From NCBI GenBank assembly GCA_038087875.1, contig CM075990.1, forward strand, positions 62,001 to 126,000: 64,000 bases of DNA, written 5' to 3'. The stretch's first letter is position 1. Each line of letters begins with the position of its first letter. Below are positions 59,590 to 64,000 of this stretch, in pieces. Made by a program: the position numbers and the translations under genes. The notes under the pieces were generated by a model, which saw only the letters and a list, made by a program, of their open reading frames with translations, was not told the origin of the DNA and made no database searches. Source of the DNA: Malacoraja senta. Lineage: Eukaryota.

Positions 59590-61810
59590 AGGGAAGTGCA
59601 TCTTGATCACGACTGGTGGCCCAATATTCTAGGGTACTGAAGCTTCAGGCATGATGGACATTGCTGGAAGGAAATGTAAAGGAGGGGAGGGCATAATGAC
59701 TGACATATTAAAATAAACCCATTACTGCGGTAAAGTGGGAGAATGCCTTGGAAAACTTCAAATTAGGCCATTTGTATCAGGTTTAGGAGCAAAAACTGAT
59801 GATCACTTTCTAGGGGTATATTCCAGCCCCGCCATATGGTCCTCAGAAGGTAGAGTCTAGATAAATCACAGAGATTTGGGGAAGAATTAGGATTATAGTT
59901 GTAGGCTTCAAGTTCCCCATTATTCACTGGCATCTGGTTACTATGAAATATGTGGAGTGTGGAATTTTTAAGAGCTTCTTAGAAAGATTTTTGACCCAAC
60001 GTGTAAATTGTTCTATTGGAGAAGAGGCAGTTTTAAACATAATACTTTATTACGTTTTATAGGAAAGAATTGCAGATGCTGGTTTATACCAAAGATAGCC
60101 ACAAAATGCTGGAGTAACTCAGCGGGTCAGGCAGTATTTCTGGAGAGAAGGAATGGGTGAAGTTTCAGATCGAGCTGGGCATGTGGAATGGCACTGGGCA
60201 AGTGAATGGAGTGTCAGTGGAAGAGCATTTTGAAGTTAATTACCATAACTGTCGGGTTCAAGGTAGGACAATCATAAACTTGGTCAAGACACTAATGTCC
60301 TGAATTGGGGAAATCTCACCTTCAATATCACAAGCAGGCAACCAAACTAAAATGGATTGGGCATAGAAGATAGACAAAAAATACTGGAGTAACTCAGCAG
60401 TTTGGATAGAAGGAATGGGTGACATTTCGGTCGAGACCCTTCTTCAGATTGGGAGCAGTTACTCAAGGTTGGACAACTTGCAGCAATTGGGAGATGTTCT
60501 ACCGTAAAATAATCAGAGTCTGGGGTAATATGAGTGTGAAAGGTACGGACAATAGTCCTAAAGAACCTGAGGTGTTAATTAATGCTAAGGGCCGGATATA
60601 GAAGTACAAGGAAGCGTATGGAAGGGGAAAGATAACTGAAAATGGGAGGTTCATCAAGTGTACAGAAACTGGGGGAAGGGGGGTAAAAGAACTCAGCAGG
60701 GAAAAGAGGAGGACACAAAATATCACAGGTTGACAAGAATAAATAACATTTTGAATTATTCTATTTACGTTAAGGGGAAGAGAGTAACAAGAGAAAGTGC
60801 AGCGCATTAAGGGGCTGTCCCACTGCGGCGACCTAATTGGCGAGTTTTAGAGAGTTTGAAAAAGTGTCATGTTGCAGACCTCCTTCAACTAGCTTCAACT
60901 AGCATCGACTAGCTTCGGGAAGATTGGACACCGAATAGTGGAGAGTGAAGACAACCTCCTTCGACCTCCCTTTGACATCCCTTCGACTATGTTGAAGACT
61001 ATCTACGACTATATACGACTACCTTTGAATACCTTTGACTTCCCTCGATTACCTACGAATAACATGCCGATCTACTATGACCTACTTAGACTAAACCTAC
61101 GATAAAAAAAAAATATTGATTTTGTTCCATGGCGACCTTTTTTAACTCGCGGGCATTTTTCAGCATGTTGAAAAATACGCTGCGACCTAGCTGAGGCCTC
61201 GAGTACGCGGGGACTACTCTCGAGCATGAAGGAGAGTTACAAAGACCTCCTAGGACCTCGTGTCGACCATGCTGTGAGTATGAGTCGAGGGCAAACTCTT
61301 CTAAACTCGAGAATTAGGTCGCCGCAGTGGGACAGGGACCAATATGGCAACCTCTGTGGAGCCAGTTGATGTAGGTGAGGGGGGGCTGGGGGGGATGGAG
61401 GAGTTTGCTGGTGCCCTAATAGTGATTTTTAATCTTCACTGTCTTCAGGTGAGATGCCAGATAACTGGAGGTCAGCAAATGTGGTACTTCTATTCAAGAA
61501 TGGCAGCAGGGATTAGCCAGGATTGTAACAACAGAGAATTTATTGGAAATTGTTCAACGAGGCAATATTAATCTGTACTTGGACAGGAAGGTATGAATCA
61601 CGAATAGTCAGCATGGCCTTGTTATGGCGGAGATACTCTCTCAACATTTGATAGATTTTTTATTTTTGAAGAGATAACTAAATATGATGATGAGGCCAGT
61701 GCAGTTGCCATAGTTTACTTAAACCAGTAAAGCCTTTGACAAGGTCCCACATGGGAGACAAATCAATGAAAAGGTTACTCACCATGGAATCCAGGGCAAG
61801 TTGTCACTTG
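59590..61810 (+). mobile_element. Old CR1 (EN-RT remnant) with nested PLE units (~60058-60170, ~60365-60449) and a MITE
   Basis: Decayed CR1 motifs (CTTCAAGTTCCCC, AGTCAGCATGG, AAAGCCTTTGACAAGGTCCCACATG). Confidence 0.65.
60810..61335. mobile_element. PIF/Harbinger MITE, right tip clipped
   Basis: TTA-AGGGGCTGTCCCACTGCGGCGACCTAATT / AATTAGGTCGCCGCAGTGGGACAG. Confidence 0.88.
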
Positions 61811-63799
61811 TTTCCACAGACCTGTCTTCATTCATGAGACAGCGGTGAAAAAAGTCAACAGCTTCAAGTTCTTGGGCGTGCATATCACTGAAGATCCTGG
61901 GCCCACCACGTTGACAAAGGAAGCTCATCAATGTCTCTACTTCCTTAGGAAATTGAGGAGATTTGGAATATCGACAAATGCAAAATAAATCTTAACCATG
62001 TATGTCTCTCAAAGTGGGAGACAAAATTCTCTGGGATAGAAGTTCCCATCTCTGCTGCTATAAGGGAGAGTGTGGGCATAAATGGAGGCTGCAGTGGATC
62101 AAGGAAGTCAAAGGACATTGTAGGAGATCAATAACCAGAGACCAATTGGCCAGGAGAAGCCCAGGTGCATGTTGGAAGATTGATGGGTGTGGGTCAGGTG
62201 GAGGGGTTGTCATGGGGAGGAGAGACTGTAGAGATGGGGACTCCAAAAGAAATGAAGCTACTGTTCAACAGAATGAAAGGCAAGTGGGTCAGAGACAGGA
62301 AGACTGCCCGAGTGATACAAGGCATGAAGATGGCAACGTTAGCCCCCTCTGTCACTGTTTAATTATAAATCCTCCACCAGCTCCAACTTTTACCATTCAG
62401 ACTAGTTTTCTCATTGCCATCTTTTTTGCCGTACATTGCTGTGCCAACACTTCCCCATCTTGGATGGGTTTTGTTGATGTAAATATATCATCATGTGGTG
62501 ACAGACACTCACCAACAGGTGGCAAACCACTCACACAGCAAACCTCTCAGTAGGGATTTGGATGGGTTCCCCATGTCCTGCTCTGCCAGTTAACGTCATT
62601 GTGCTTGATCTAGTTACAACCTCTACTCCACAGTCCGTCTCCCCACACTAACCTCTCCTCCCGTTCCTTACTTACGAGGAATCCATTTACCTGTGCCCAG
62701 GAAATATTCAAAGGTTTGTTTCCATCCCTCTTTGAGGAAGAGCGTTTCAAAAACAATTTAACTTATTTTATTTTCCTGAAAGCGAAGGCTGCTCTCTCTT
62801 TGTGGGTCTTTCACTTGCTTATTTAGAATAATTCTTTTGTTACATGATCAACGTCAAAAAGATTGATGGGACAAGATGCGAATTCTGGGCATCGACTTAC
62901 TCAATATTGCAACAAATGATATCTATTGCCATATTTTCTTCCATATAGCCCCTGTTCTCTGATATCAAATCTTTCTCATTGGTAATTTATCTTCTTATAT
63001 ATTATTAGTAGGGGAAAATGTAGAGGAAATATATTTTGATCTATTTCTAGAAGTTTGTCTTTACAAATCTGGTTCTCAAATACCAGGGCTCCACTAAGAA
63101 GCTAACACTCTTGTTCGTCAATGACTAATACTTCCCTGGTATAAGGACAGTGTGCATCATCTCCTCTCCAGCACGCCCCATCTCCCCTTTTAAGATAATT
63201 GGTGCTGTCTTCAGTCTAAGCCTTCTCTCTCCTCTGCTCTGCCCTTTGCCCCAAACCTGGTTCTCTGCAAAGTTGGTTCTTGGTTCCTACTGACTTGCTA
63301 CACAAAGAGAAAAGGCAGGTACAAGACAACACGTGATAACATGGCTTTTGACTTGAATGTTTTTTCTCCATTATAAAATTACGTGAATCTTTTAGTGCAT
63401 TTGCTTTACATGGAGCTATTAACATTTTTAATCAATTTATGTTATTGTCAAATATTGTGTGTTGCTAACTTTTGATTCATGGTTAGTTAGTTAGTTCATC
63501 TACCCAGGGCACTTCTATAATTTTCTATCACTTCCATCAGTTCCTACTTTCCCAATATCTCCTTCCTCTGAACCCCAACGGACTCTGGCTATTACTGCCT
63601 ACCCTTCACTACATTAATGTATTTTCACTGTTCTCTCACTTTGCTTCCATCACTAACCCCACCTCATCCATCTCTCATTGTATCTGCCCCTGTCACAGCT
63701 TCTCCACTCTATTTTCCTTCTCTGTACTTTTCCTTCAGTCCAAGTTCATTCACCACAAACTTTCTAACCAAGTCCTTTGCATTTCATGGTGCAGCTTTA

Positions 63800-64000
63800 G
63801 AAGACTTTGGTAAGGCCGCATTTTATATATTGCACGCAGCTCTAATCACCCCATTACAGGAAGGATGTGGAAGGTCTGGATAGGATGCAGAGGAGGTTTA
63901 TCAGAATTATGCCTGAATTGGGGGGTTTTAGCTGTAGGGAATGGTTGAAAAGACTTGGAAATAGACACAAAATGCTGGAGTTAATCAGCGGGACAGGCAG
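63800..64000. mobile_element. CR1 fragment followed by the start of a PLE unit running off the window
   Basis: ACTTTGGTAAGGCCGCATTT.. then ATAGACACAAAATGCTGGAG from 63961. Confidence 0.75.

Noticed and set aside
62002..62553. 183-aa ORF
   Set aside because: No recognisable domain; appears to span decayed retroelement-like and unique sequence.

Overview
This is eukaryotic DNA with no confidently identifiable host protein-coding gene. The repeat repertoire (HE1/V-type SINEs with CR1 tails, CR1 LINEs, a Deu-type SINE relic) points to a cartilaginous fish, probably a skate or ray (inference from recalled family features, no database search). The window is a dense nest of mobile elements: CR1 and Rex1/Babar LINE fragments, Penelope-like (GIY-YIG) fragments, PIF/Harbinger MITEs with TWA target duplications, non-autonomous Helitrons carrying minisatellites, a hAT-like element and an L1-clade LINE. 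Almost all ORFs in the six-frame track are TE fragments or low-complexity artefacts. Highlights: (1) three different ribozyme-bearing non-autonomous retroelements: a ~138-bp element headed by a minimal HDV-like ribozyme (32969-33106), a bipartite RTE derivative with a putative HDV-like fold at its 5' end (44145-44570), and many ~90-135-bp Penelope-derived hammerhead units with their own TSDs; (2) a twin-priming 5'-inverted L1 with a perfect 15-bp TSD (53941-56719); (3) a teleost-type (AFC/FR1-like) CORE-SINE, a horizontal-transfer candidate (43373-43719); (4) two inverted Harbinger derivatives 45 kb apart that keep opposite ends of the transposase; (5) a Helitron nested in antisense inside a sister Helitron. 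Boundaries of decayed elements are approximate.
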